Source: Camelus ferus (taxonomy: Eukaryota). Taken from it: a stretch of 64,000 bases of DNA. A program made the translations under genes and the position numbers. Positions 24,543 to 37,744 of the stretch are shown here, one piece after another. Under the pieces are notes generated by a model, which saw nothing but the letters and a program-made list of their open reading frames with translations, was not told the origin of the DNA and did no database searches. The DNA lies in the NCBI RefSeq assembly GCF_009834535.1, contig NC_045697.1, forward strand, positions 110,176,001 to 110,240,000. The letters run 5' to 3'. The stretch's first letter is position 1, and every line of letters starts with the position of its first letter.

Positions 24543-25333
24543 ATAACCCACTGTTTTACTCTATGTTTCAAACACTCTTTGATTCCACATACAAATGAAA
24601 TCAGGCAGTACTTTTCTTTTGATGTTTGGCTTATTTCGCTTAGCATAACATCCTCCAAGTTTGTCCATGTTTTCATGAATGGCAGGATCTCCTTCTGTTT
24701 TGAGGCTGAATAATCCAACATCTATGTCCTCACAAAACCTTATCAATGGATAAGGCTCAATGGATCAAAGTGATCAATGGATATCTGTTGATTTGATTTT
24801 ACTTTCATTCAAGTAAGGAATTCCACATGGTAGATTTTCTCTACGCCCTCTAACATTAGGGACGCTAAACAGGATTTTGAATCATGGATCCACCACTTAC
24901 TAATTGTGTAAAATGGGAATAACAGTCACTTCCCAGGGTGAATATTCAATGAAATAATGTACAGAAAGTGCCCAATGCCTGGCATGTAATAAGCACTCAG
25001 GAAAACTTAGTTATGACTGTTCCCAGTTCTCATTTTCCTGCCCACCTTCTTGTTTTTTCCCATCACGACGCCAGCCCTTCTGTTGTCACCCTGAGGCTCA
25101 GTAGTTCTCAATGACTACACCCCAGTACATCATTATAAGGCTCAGCAATGAGACAGGTCCCAAGGAATGTGCTTATGATACAGTAGAAATTCCAAAGTTC
25201 TTGAAAATTTTTTGAAAAATGAATGTTATTAGATGTCTATCCTTATAAGGCTTCTCCCCAGAATAATGTTGCTCCTGGTCATTCTCGTTCCAGGAAGCTC
25301 CCGACTGCCAGCCCCGATCACTAAAGTCACCTA

Positions 25334-25811
25334 CAGGCACATCTTGGAACCTTGGCGATGTTGCAGGTTCGATTCCAGACCATGGTAATAAAGCAAATAT
25401 CACCATAAAGTGAGTCACACAGATTTTTTGGTTTCCCAGTGCATATAAAAGTTATGTTTACAATACACTGTAGTCTGGTGCAATAGCATGATGTCTAAAA
25501 AATGTACATCCTTTAATTTAAAAATATTTTCTTGCTAAAAAATGCTAGCCATTGTCTGAGCCTTCAGTGAGTCGTAATCGTTTTGCAGTAGTTACAACCA
25601 AGACCGCTGATCGGGGATCACCATAACAAAATATAGTATTAATGAAAAGGTTTTAAATATCGTGAGAATCACCAAAATGCGACCAGAGACAAAATAAGCA
25701 AATACTGTGAAAAATGGCTTTGATAGACTTGCTTAACACAGGGTTTCCACAGACTTTCAGTTCCTAAAAAATGCAATTATCTGAGAAGAGCAATAAAACA
25801 AGGCATGCTGG
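25334..25811 (-). mobile_element. Internally deleted Tigger1-family (TcMar) element
   Basis: TA|CAGGCA...gcatgctgg|TA; ttccagacca..aataaagcaaatatc..tttttggtttcccagtgcatataaaagttatgtttaca is the Tigger1 end. Confidence 0.88.
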
Positions 25812-25960
25812 TAAATCGACTAGATGAAGACGTTTAATTCGCCATTCCTACTCAAGTCTAGACTTGCATCTCAAAAACTCAACTCATTCAGGTATCCTAC
25901 TTAACAGCGGTCTTTCATTACAGGTCTACACTGGCAAAGGCTTTAAAAGGATAGTTTTTT

Positions 25961-26106
25961 GGGGGGGAGGGTACAGCTCAGTGGTAGAGCACATGCTTAG
26001 CATGCATGAGGTCCTGGGTTCAATCCTCTGTATCTCTATTAAATAAACAAACAAACAAACAAACCTAATTAACCCCCCCCAAAAAACAAAGAAAAATGAA
26101 AAAAAT
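25961..26106 (+). mobile_element. tRNA-Ala-derived SINE (Vic-like)
   Basis: tRNA-like head, (AAAC)n and A tail; TSD AAAGGA(T/C)AGTTTTT. Confidence 0.9.
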
Positions 26107-27189
26107 AAAGGACAGTTTTTCCTCTAACCTGATCAAATTCTTAGGACTTCACTCCCTGCTCCCACATCCTTCTAGCTAATTGAAGGGGAACAGAAAACAG
26201 ACTTATTTTTCCCTTTATCCGCATAAGCTCCTCAGTGTTCTGTTTTTTTCCCTACCTTCAAAACAGCATCTTAAGAGGAGATTTGGAGTTTCATGAAAGC
26301 TTTCATGATATCTGTCTTCTGAGAGAACTGGAAACAGAAACTGAGCAGTAAATGCTGGACTGTCATGCCTGAAAGCAACTTCCATTTTCCACTCTGGATT
26401 GATTTTAAAATATGGTATCATTCCCAGAGCGGTTAAGAAGAATTCAGCTTCTACCTACCCACCCTTTCCCTTGCTCCTAATCCTCCCCTCAAAGCAGATG
26501 GCATGCAAGATTTTAACATTAAAACCTGCCAAGCAATATGAAAAACTAGTCAGCACAAATCTGTTAATAGTTAGAAATATTCTGTGAAAATACATTTTTA
26601 AGCACTACACATTTCGGAGAAAAGCACATTATTTGAGATGTGTCTCACTGCTGTACAATGATGGTATCGAGGACTACTAAGTCACACAGTGTGACCCATA
26701 GAAGGGCTGGAGTTGTGATGGATACAGACAAGAAGGTGGGCAGAAAAAGGACAGCTGGGAATCATAGTAACTAAGTTTTGTTGAGTGCTTATTCATAAAT
26801 AAACATTTTGTTACCATTTGGGGTGGCTATCTTGACATTCCAAGGAAATTAAAAAAAAAAAAAAAAAAAACCACACTAGATGGGGAAAAGAGTTGAGAAG
26901 GAAAATGTAAATTCAAAGCCAGCAGAGGGAGTTGGTGGCAAAGGGATTCAGACACCAAAGCTGAATCCATAACTCGTCTAGGACTTGAGTGGTTGAGCAG
27001 TAAACAAAGTAAATTCCAGCTGTGCCCAGAATGTTCTGCTGAGGTTTTCAGAGCTCCAAGCTGTTTCACAACACTCAGGGAGACCTAGGGGTACCCGTGG
27101 AAACAAAGGGATAGAGAGGGAATTCCCAGCTGCTGTGAACAAGTCGCAAGAGAACATTAGTCCACAGGACGTTTCACCCTGTGCCAGAA

Positions 27190-30100
27190 CCCCTTCCTTG
27201 ACCCTACACAACGTATTTATCCATTCACCAGAAACATGTGTGTTGTTTCCAGTTTGGGGCTATGGCGAAAGAAGTTGCTATGGATATTTTTGTATGTGTC
27301 TTTTTGTAGACAGATGTTTCCACTCTCTTTGGGTAAAAACCTAGGCATGGAATTGCAGGGTCATGGGTAAGTGTATCTTTAACTTCAGAAGAAACTACAG
27401 AACATTTCCCCCTTAGTATTTTACCAGCAACACGTGAGAGTTCCAGCTGCCTCACATCCTTGTCAACATTGATGCCAACAGTCTTTTTAATTTTACCCAT
27501 TCTAGTGGATGTAAATTAGTGTATCATTATGATTTTAATTTTCATCTCCCTGATGATTAATGATGCTGAACACCTTTCCATAAATTTATCAAATATTCTT
27601 AGATGTCTTTTTTGTGTAAAGTGTCTGTTCAAGTATATTGCTTATTTTTTATTGACTTTGATATCTCAGTGTTGATTATAGTAATTCGGCAAATATATTC
27701 TCCCAGTATGTAGCTTATCTTTTCATTTTCTTAGTGGTGTCGCTTGATGAACAGAACTTTTTAATTTTTATGAAGTTCACTTTACCAGTTTTGTTTTTTT
27801 TTTTTCTTTATGGTTTGGGCTTTTTGTGTCCTCTCTGAGAAATCTTCTTCTACCTCTAGAATGCAAAGGTATTCTCCTGTGTTTTCTTCTGGAAGTTTTA
27901 AAGTTTAGATTTTACATTTTGGTCTATGAGCAATTTCAAAATAATTTTGTGAAATAATGGTGTGAGATTGTGGTCAAGGTTTTCTCCATACAGATATCCA
28001 ATCATTCCACAATGACTTATTGAAAAGACTCTCCTCATTAAGGAAAAACAAAAACAAAAACAAAAACAAAAAGAGAGAGAGAGAAGGAGAAGAAAGAAAA
28101 AAGAAAAAGAAAATACTTTCTTTTCACCATAGAATTGCCCTGGTATCTTTGTAAAAAATAATTGTGATCTTCTCTTTCTGGACTCCAATTTTGTTCCACT
28201 GATTGATTTCTCTGTGTTTATTATGCCAACACTGTACTACTCTCTTGATTACTATGGCTTTATCCGAAGTGTTGAATCAGGGCAAATCTCTCAACTATTT
28301 TTTGTTTGTTTGTTTTTCCAAAAATGTTTGGCTATTCTAGATTCTTTGTATTACCATACAGATTTTAGAATCAACTTGCAACTTTTATCAAATAAGCCTA
28401 TTGGGATGTTGTTTGGAATGATGGTAAAGCTATAGATCAATTAGGAAGAAGTGATATCTTAACAGTATTAAGTAGACTAATCTATGAACATTGTATATCT
28501 CTCTATTTATTTACAGCTTCTTTATTTTTTCTTCACAAAGTTTTGTAGTTTTCACTGTACAGGTCCTACAATCTTTTATTAAATTTATTCCTAAGTATTT
28601 TCTTTTTGGCATGATGTAAAAGTTAAATTAAAAATTTTTCATTTACTGTTTTTTTATTGCAAATATATACAAAAAAATTGTTTTTTGTATATTAACCTTG
28701 TATTCTGGGATCTTGCTAAATTTACTTGTTAGTGAATTTTTATATATATTTTTAGGGTCTTCTACATAAATAATCATGTCATTTGTAGATAAGACTGTTT
28801 CACTTTATCTTGTCCAACCTTTTGCCTTTTATTTCTTTTTCTTGCCTTATTGCTCTGGTAAGGACTTCATAGCACTATACTGAACAAAAGTGGCAAGACT
28901 AAACATTCTTGCCTTTTTCCTGATTTTAAGAGGAAAGCATTGTCTCTCACCATTAGGTATGAAGTTAGCGATAACTTTCTTGTAGCTGTCCTTTACTAGG
29001 TCCTATTTCCAGATTGTTCCAGGTTTTGTTTTTTTTTTTTTAATATTGAATAAGTGTTGAATTTTGTTAAATATGTCTTCTGTGTTTCTTGAGATGGTCA
29101 TATACATTTTTCTTTTTTTTCTGTTAAGGTAGCTAATTTACACAGATTTTCAAATGTTGAACAATTTTGTACGTGATAAACCCCACTTGGTTTTATTATC
29201 TTTTTCATATATCATTGGATTTGATTTTCTAATACTTTGTTGAAAATTTTTATATCTATGTTCATGAAAGATACTAGTTGTAATCTTGTTTACTTACAAT
29301 GTTTTGATCAGGTTTTGATGTCAGGATTATCCTGGGCTCATAACTTGTGTTGGAAAACATTCCCTCATTCTCTGTTTTATGAATTTATGTGAGATTGATA
29401 TTTATTCTTTCTCAAACATCTGATAGAATTCACCCATAATACCATCTGAGCCTGAAGATTTTTTATTTTGAGGGAGAGGGGTGAGCAGTTATTATATTCT
29501 ATTTCTTAATTAAATATAGAGCTACTGAGATTTTTCATTTCTTTTTGTGTTAGTTTTGTAAAGTGGTTATTTGTCCATTTCACAGAGGTTGTGAAATTTA
29601 TTGACATGAAATTTAACATAGTATCTTTTTAACACATGTAGAATATGTAATAATATCCTTATTTTCATTCTTACTATTGATAATTCATTTTTTTCTTTTT
29701 GTCTTGATTATTCTTACTAGGAGCTAATCATTTTAATAATCTTTTCAATTCTTTCAAATGGTAATTTTCTTGGATACTTTATGAAATTCTGCTTTTCTCA
29801 TTATAATTCCCTTCCTCTGTGTGCAACTTTGCTCCATCCTACACCTTTATTCTTCTATAGGTGTGTAAAACAATGCATTTGTCTCTAGTAACTGCTTTAA
29901 CTGCACCCTACAAATTTTAATGTATTTTCATTCAGTTCGAAGTATTTTCTGCTCTCCTTTTCAATTTCTTCACTGACATATGGATTATTTAATAGTGTCT
30001 TTACTTAATTTCAAATGTTTGGGGTTTTTCCCTAGAAATCCTATTGCTATTGACTTTAACTTAATTTCATTTGTGGTCAGAGAACATGATCTCTATGATT

Positions 30101-31780
30101 TAAATCTTTTAAATGTCTTGAGATTTATTTACAGCCCAGCACTTCATCTATGATGTTGAACATTCCACATGTACATGAAAATAATGTGTGTTTCACAATT
30201 GCTAGACATCAGATTCTATAAAGGCCAGTTCTGTCCAGTGGAGGGGAGGATTGTTTAAATCTATGTATATATAGAGAGAGATTTTTCTTTTGTCTACTTG
30301 ATCCAACAATTACTGAGAAGAGCTGTTAAAATCTCTAACCTGTATATTTTATTTCTCCCTTTAGTTCTGTAAAATTTTTGCCTCAAGTAATAATTCTGTT
30401 ATTATTGCATGTTCAGGATTTTATGTCTCCATAACGAATTGCCCTTTTATCACTGTGAAATGTCCTCCTTGATCTGTGATCATTTTTCTTTACTTCATCT
30501 GAAAAGATAAAGCCACATCGGCTTTCTTATGCTTATTGTCTATATAGTTTACCTTTCAGTCTGTTGTTCCCTGCTTTGTGTGTGCCTCCCCTCCCACTTC
30601 TGGCCACTTTCATGACATCCTCCTTATTTTTCATTTTTGGCACTTAGATGATGATATACCTAAGGGTGTATCTGTTTTTATTTACCTTGCTTGGGATCTG
30701 CTGAATTTTTAGATATGCACAATGATGTTTGCCTCCAAAACTGGGGACTTTTTAGCCCTATTTCTTGAAATATATATATTTTTGTATTGCCCCATTCACT
30801 CTCTTTTTCCTCAGGGACTCCAATTATGTGTATAATAAATGACATTGTCCCAGAGGTCACTAGGCTCCATTCATTTTTTAATCTGTTTTCTTTCCATTTT
30901 TCAGAATGAACTCTTAATTTCAGGTATTGTTTCAGAGATTATTTTCATTTCTAGAGTTTCCATGTAGATCATGTTCATAGACTCTGTTTTGGGGTTGACA
31001 TTCCCATATATCCCATCATTAAGACCACCCTTTCCTTAGTCCTTAAACATACTTATAACAGCTGTTCTGGTCCGTGTCTGCTCAGTCTAACCTCTGGGTT
31101 TTCTTGGGGTCCATTCTTCTGGTCACATTTTCCAGCTCTTCATGTTTGATAAGTTTTTCTTTTAATTGTACACTGGGTGTTGTGTGTGACACATTGTAAA
31201 GGGCCTGAATTGTGCCGTCTTCCTTTAAAGAGCTGGCATTTTGTTCTGAGGCGATGGCCCTTTCTTGAGGGGGTCGTTCTTATTCCTAGGATGTGGACTT
31301 CCTGCGATCTCAGAGGAATGCCCAAGTGTTCAGTGCAGTCCCCCCACCTCTGAGATGGCGCATCTCCCAGCCTGGCATGAACTTGGGTCTCTCACTGTTG
31401 GCTGGCCTCTCCCCAGCACTTGCTCCCTGCTACCCCTCACAGAATCTTGGCCTGCAAGTGCACAGCCCAGGCCTGGGGCCACAGACCTCTGTTAAACACC
31501 CATACAGATTTTGGGTCCCTTCTGAGCAACTTCCTTGTCTCCAGCCCTCTACCCACAACGTTTAGCAGCTCCAAACCCCAGTTACTGCCTCCCTGTTCAG
31601 CAAGACTACTGTTCTCTCAGGCTCCTTCTCATGTCCCCACAGTTAGAAACGAGTCAGGGCAAACAAAGGGCTCATCTCCTGTGCATCTCTGCTCTGACAC
31701 CTGCAAACAGCTGTCTCATATATTCTGTCTGGTCTGATAGCTGTTTCTGGTGGTAGGATTACTCCGTTGTGGCTGGAAGT
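27190..31780 (-). mobile_element. Long degenerate old L1 (ORF2 to ORF1/5' region fragments)
   Basis: T-rich L1 antisense motifs throughout; remnants such as IHIIGVPEE (ORF1-like) at 30678-30860. Boundaries approximate. Confidence 0.8.
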
Positions 31781-32550
31781 GCAAATGATAGCCCAGAGTG
31801 TTTTTCTTGTGAGAACCGACCCGGCACAAGAATGTGAATGACTGAATTCCTTCATCTCATTACATCTTATGCCAAGAAGACTTTTTGGAATCCTGACAAA
31901 TCTATATGACATCGTCTTCTCTCAGAGGGATTCTGCTTTCTACTTACTCGTGACAAGTGAGTCTCTTCTGAGTCTCAGCCCTGATCCCAACGCCATTCCT
32001 TCTTTTGTTATTGTGCTGGACAGCCTCAGCAGTTTCCCGGCCGCCCGTGGTCGCGCACGCCAAAGTTGCTCGTGACACCTTCTGGAGCTGGGGTGTGAGT
32101 GGCCGACTTGGAAAGGAAGCAGTCTACATCAGGTTCCCATCTTCTTCTCCTCCGGGTTCTGCATCTCTCGCCAGAGAAGGAAGATGACAGTTCCACCAAA
32201 CCCACTCCCACATGAAGGCAGCTGCGTACCAAATCTGCCAGAAGAGTGGAGGTGCCCTCCTGCCCGAGACCTGGGCAGTTCTGAGGCTGCACAACACATA
32301 CTGGGATTCAGTCAGCCAGACAATCAGTGGTCACAGAAATCCCCTTCAGGACAATAAAGAAGACAGGATACACACACAAGTGTCCAAATTCTGGTCCCAA
32401 AGGGGTGTTTGCTTGGAATCCAAGGTCCTTTACCTCCTCTCCCACTACAAGACCTTTCTCACTTATTCCAGAACTGACTTCAGTAGGCTGAGTCACATCT
32501 ACCTTAATTTCTGGTTCAAAAAGTATCTCACATCTGGTCTTTGTTAATTT

Positions 32551-32720
32551 TTTTTTTTTTTGAAGTAGAGTTGAATTACAATGCTGTGTTAGTTTCTTGT
32601 GTACAGCATACTGATTTGGTTACATATATGTATATATTCCTTTTCATATTCTTTTTCAAGATAGGCTATTACAAGGTTCTGAATGTAGTTCCCTGTGCTA
32701 CATAGTAGGACCTTGTTGTT
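32551..32720 (-). mobile_element. Short L1 3'UTR insertion
   Basis: Poly-T, L1 3'UTR motifs, TSD TGGTCTT(T)GTTAATTT (32535-32550, 32721-32735). Confidence 0.88.
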
Positions 32721-32978
32721 TGGTCTTGTTAATTTGATGCAAGAAGGCTACTGTGCTTTCCTCTTGTTTTTTAACGTCAACCCCAATCTGCCTCACCAAG
32801 AGCAAAAACTCAGAGGCTTCACAGGTGTGTGATGAAGCGGAGGTTATGTGCAAAGTGAACTAGAACAGACTCTCGTGTAGACTTCGTCCAAGCAGACATT
32901 CCAAACTGAATAGACACAGACAACTTTTCTCGCTTTCTTGCTGACAAGCAGTTAAAGTCTTTTAAAAAAAAAAAAAAA

Positions 32979-33301
32979 GGTGGGTGGAGAATTGGATGAA
33001 GGCAGTAAAAAAGCACAAACTTCCCATTTTAATAAGACACATAAACACTAGGGATGTAATGTACAACATAATAAATATAATTAACACTGCTGTAAGTTAT
33101 ATGTGAAAGTTGTAACAAGAATAAATCCTAAGAGTTCTCATCACAAGAAGAAAATTTTTTCTGTCTTTAATTTTGTACCTTTAAGAGATGATGGGTGTTC
33201 ACTAAACTTTTGATAACCACTTCGTGATGTATGTAAGTCAAACTGGTGTGCTGTACCCCTTAAACTTAAACGGTGCTGGATGTCAACTACATCTCAATAA
33301 A
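32979..33301 (+). mobile_element. L1 3'UTR fragment
   Basis: gggatgtaatgtacaacat..aattaacactgctgta..aatcctaagagttctcatcacaag..catctcaataaaa. Confidence 0.8.
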
Positions 33302-35829
33302 AGTCTAAGGACAAAGAAGTCCTGGGAATGCTCTGCCCATCCACATGCTCGTTTTAGAGCAGTCACACAGTCCAGCCCAGCAAAGAGGTCCTGGTAGCCT
33401 TCATCAGAGGCGAAGAGCACAGACAGTGACAGTCCCTGGCAATGTCAGTGAGATCCTCGACACAAAAGGAGTCTCTTTTCCCCTTGGTCTTCTGTACATG
33501 CTTCTTTTCTCCGGGGTCTGGAAGAAAGCCAGCTGTACCAGTGCTTGCAAAGTCTGCTTATTGCAAGCTCTACAGCAGTGGTCTCAGAGGAAACACTTTC
33601 TGTTGGTGGGACAGGGCAGAAGCCCGTCTCCAAGCATTCCCGTTACTACATCTGCATTTTCTCCTTCTTCCAGACCCCCTCCCTTCCCCATTTCCTTCCA
33701 AAAGCTAGAGTTTCTGAAACTGGACCCCGCCCGCTGCTCCTCCCCAGATACAGCCCATCTCCCACCCTCGGCCCACCCACGTCACAGGCAGGACCTCCGG
33801 GATCTACGCAACAGCCTCTTTCGCTCCGTGTGGAGTTGATATGGATTTAACCATGGAAAGCAAGGTTAAAGACGAGAACGTTAACACTAATAGCACCTGA
33901 AGATTAACTTCTCAAATACCTAGACTGCAAGATTTTTGTGGTAAAAATACAAATATAAAACACTTCTTTCATATGTGAAATACAGTCTTTAAAATCACAT
34001 TAATAATATCACCTCATTTGCTACCCAAGATTATTCCAATTTAAGTATGATTATGGTGCCTGAGCTATGTTTAATGAACAAATTTAGTAAGACTAATACT
34101 GAAATTCTGAAATTCTCTCCAAGAAGGTTAATAGTTCTTGAGGAAAAACTTTCATAGGTCATAGGAGACCAATCTAAAATTCATACATGCTGAGCAGGGA
34201 AAATTAAGTTATATTATAAATTATAATTTATAATAATAAATAAATTACATAATATTGTATTACATATTACTATAATAATATAAAATAAACCTATAATATA
34301 GCAATATAAAAATAAATACTAAAATACAAATAATAATAGAAGGAAAATTATATTGGCCTTTCCTAATATAGGCCATGACTATTTTGGTGCATAACTTTGT
34401 TTCTTTAAACAAGTGTAAGGTTAAAAGAGAAAAAAGACATAAGGGAAATTCAGTTCCTAAAAAGTATTTTTAAAAAGCACAACATAGCTCATTATGAAGC
34501 TGCTTTTCCACATGAATTCTGTCTTGTCAACATTGGAAGTGAAGAGAAACCACAGTAAGCCTCTAAAGAAACATCTCTCTGAATACAGAGTGCAAAGTCA
34601 GATCTCTCACCTCCTCTGGGGAGGAACCAATGCTTTATTCCCACAGACCTCAGTGTCTCCTGGAGCGAAGCTTGCGGTGCTTCCCTCCCCAACCTGGCTG
34701 CCTCTCTCAGGTCCTTGCCATCACTGCGTGAAGTCTCCACCCACCTGGTTTACTGCTGAATTGAGATCTGGAATCCCAGAAGGGGGGCAGAGGGGGCCAT
34801 GCTCCTATGGAGTGGAAAGAAATCATTTTGGACCCAAACTCAATCTGTAAGGGTCTGTCGATGAAAATCTCTTCTTCTTACATCACTTATGCAAAATTAA
34901 AATCTCAGGCACACTTGACATGCAGTAGGTTATCAATCAATTTCACATTTTAACAAAAGAATGATTCTTTTAGAACAGTCAGACACACCGTTGTAGGGCC
35001 AAAACGTGAAGATCATTTCAGTAATTCCTTGTCTGAAAGCTTCAATGTATTCTTTGCAAGACAAACCAAGTCTTCTTGAATAAGACAGCATCTGGTATAC
35101 AAAGTGCTCAATAAGTGTTCGCTGCTATTACGATGATCCTGTTGAATCACTGAGAGACCATTTGGAATGATAAAGTTGAAGCTGAACTCCCTGAGTAAGA
35201 GCATGGTCTTGTTCAATGCAGTGCCTTCTTGTAGCTGTGCAAACAGTAGGTGCTCATTAAGTGCTTGCTGAAAGCAACAGAGGTGAAGAGGAAGGGGAAA
35301 GAGGAAGCCGAGGGAAAGGAAGAGAGAGAGGGAGAAAGGAAGCTAGCAAGGACCCACAAATATGATTTCTGCACTGAGTGGAAGTTAAGAAGGGAGTAGG
35401 TTTATTTTAAGTACAAGTCTATGAGTCTAAAAGGATGGTAGAATCATCCAATCACTTTAGCCAAATTATTCCCCAAATAGGTCCCATCTGTGCACTTTGG
35501 CCCATGACATTTTATAGTCCTGGAATGTTTCCTTCTTCTTTCTCCACAATTAACACTCTATCCATTCCTTAAGCTCAGCCGCAATTACATTCAATCCATG
35601 AAATGTTTCATCTTCCAAAATAGAAGCAATCCCTTCTTGTTCTCCAATGTAAGAGTGATGGTGTATGCCACCTTTATCACCTATTACCAGTTTTATGCTG
35701 CTAGTTATCTTTTCATACGCTTATTTTTGATCACTTCAAATAAACTGTAAGTGCCTTTCTGGCAGAATCAATACAACATTTGAGATCGTCAACCACTGCA
35801 CGTTCCATGTAATGATCCGCTTTGCTCTG

Positions 35830-36252
35830 GTGTTGGAAGTCTGCCCTGCCCCTCGAGGTCCACACTGTCCACCTCTCTCCCCCGTGCTCTGTGCCCTGGA
35901 AGGCTGACCTGTGTGGATGACATCATCTGGCTCCCTTGCCGTGTGATTTGCAGTGGGTTAGGCCAGTGGGGAACCCATGAGGTGGGCAACTTGCTTCCAC
36001 AGGTACCTCCCTGCAGAGACCCAAGGGCTGGCTGAGACCCCCACTGAAGGTCAGAGCATCCGTCTCCACCTGATCCTCTCCACCCTTCAGGGAATTGGGT
36101 CCTCCGCTTCAGGGTTTGCCTCTGTCCCCAGCCTCAAAGTCCTCCATTAATTTCTGCCCATATCTTTGTAAACAGAACTTTTATTACACTTTTCTCAAAT
36201 CGTTATAACTTAAGTACATATTCTGTTTCTTCCTGGGAGCCTGATAAATACA
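35830..36252 (+). mobile_element. ERVL-type LTR (LTR33-like)
   Basis: ctctgtgccctggaaggctgacctgtgtggatgacatca and 3' end ttctgtttcttcctgggagcctgataaataca. Confidence 0.65.
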
Positions 36253-37625
36253 TTTGCTTTATTTTCCTCTTTGCACTTAATAGCTGAAGTAATCTTATTC
36301 ATTTATGTGTTTATTTACTGAGTTTTATACTTCCTCCCCCCCAAAAAAATAAAGCCTCATTGTCTTGTTCACCATTATTACTCTCAGCTTCTAGAACAGT
36401 GCCAGACAGAGAGCAGGCAGTCAATGAATACTTGTTGAATAAATCACTAAAATCTATATCTATATATATTCCAATTCAGAGGAATACTGCTGTGTTTAAG
36501 AGATGATTTCAAAACACTAAGTCAGTTATTCAATCATTTTTTCAAGGTTTAGAACAAAGTGCTAACTCAGCCTGAATACAGCATTTCTTGAAACTCAATA
36601 AAATCACAAAATGCTTAACTCTGTACATCATTTTCCTGAAGTTTAGCTTCTAACATTAGTAAAAGAAAAGCAGAAAAATCATAGAGAGTATAACGCAGAA
36701 TGAGAACAAGAAGACGATTTCTCTGACATCTCAAGACGTAGGCGCTGACTGGATGCTCTGTGCCTCCACGTGCTCTCAGATCCCACAGTAGCTCCATCCA
36801 CTTCCAGAGCAACCAGCTTATCATCAGACAGGGGAACTGGGGAAAAATCAAACTTGAAAAATGTTTATAAATCTGGCCAGTGTTTCCAGCTGTAACACTA
36901 TTATGTCTCTGTTGTTGCTGATTTTGTTTTTGTTTTTGTTTTTGTTTTAATCTCAAAGCTGGAGGCCAAGAAGAAGGAAGTAGATGTCCGCTCAGTTCCT
37001 CGCTGCACCTTCTTACACAATCTTGGCAACAGTTCACACTTGCAGTCAGTTTTATTCATTTTATTTCCCAGATGTTTTTACACTCCAAAGCCAAAACCAA
37101 CACGCATCGCTCCTTCCCTGTTCACCTCAGCTCCCCGTCTGGTCCCTTCTGCCCTCCGGGTACAGCTCCCAGATGCTGGTTCATTACCGTATTTACAGGG
37201 GCACTCGCAGCGGTGGCCTCTGTGGGAAGTCAGGTGAATGGGGTTCCCATGGCTAAAGCCACCTGAAGACCACCATCGCCTCCTCAGAACAGTCAGTCCC
37301 GAGTGTGTGGCTCATCAGTGGGACAAGGAACTCAGTCATTCTTCCCCATTTACACCGTGGACTCCCATGTGTTAACTGTGTGCAGATTTTTGACAGGTTA
37401 ATGTGCAAGATTAGTAACCCTCCCCAGACTTTCTTGGCCAAACTAGAGAACTTTTCAAGCCAAAAGCACTTGGTTCTCATCAACGGTTGCTGGACTTAGC
37501 TCCGTCACAGCACCTGTGGCCCCTGTGAACTGCTTTAAGGCTGGAACCTTGTGATATTTTTGGACCACGGACAAGAAAACCCTCAAACATTGGTAGACTG
37601 CTCACATTAACTGGTTCTAGAAATC

Positions 37626-37744
37626 AGATTGTGCCCTGTAATATTTGGAATGCACTTATACTTAAAGTATAAACTGTTGTTTATCTGAAATTCAAACTTA
37701 ACTAGATATCCTGTATTTTAATTTGCTAAATCTAAAAACTTTAC
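37626..37744. mobile_element. MER53-like DNA transposon half
   Basis: gttgtttatctgaaattcaaacttaactagatatcctgtattttaatttgctaaatct. Confidence 0.7.

Larger units (their letters stand above)
22625..24720 (-). mobile_element. Older L1 3' end hosting two nested insertions
   Basis: aaattgtatatatttcaggtgtgcaacatgatgttttgatatac..caatacagtattatgagccatagtcactgtgctgtgcattaga, resuming at 24543 with an ORF2 C-terminal remnant. Confidence 0.85.

Noticed and set aside
23738..24721. 327-aa ORF, the longest in the window
   Set aside because: Chance in-frame fusion of an old L1 ORF2 tail (24543-24721) with the nested young L1 ORF2 C-terminus across the TSD; non-ATG start; not a host gene.
24744..24783. Three spaced TCAATGGAT motifs, superficially repeat-spacer-like
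   Set aside because: 9-bp units with 4-7 bp gaps at an L1 edge; local slippage, not a CRISPR array (mammalian DNA, no cas genes).
33345..33850. 164-aa ORF and overlapping ORFs
   Set aside because: No recognisable domain or exon signals; several frames are open, as expected for GC-richer noncoding DNA.
34200..34350. Extremely AT-rich stretch
   Set aside because: Low-complexity sequence with no supportable function.
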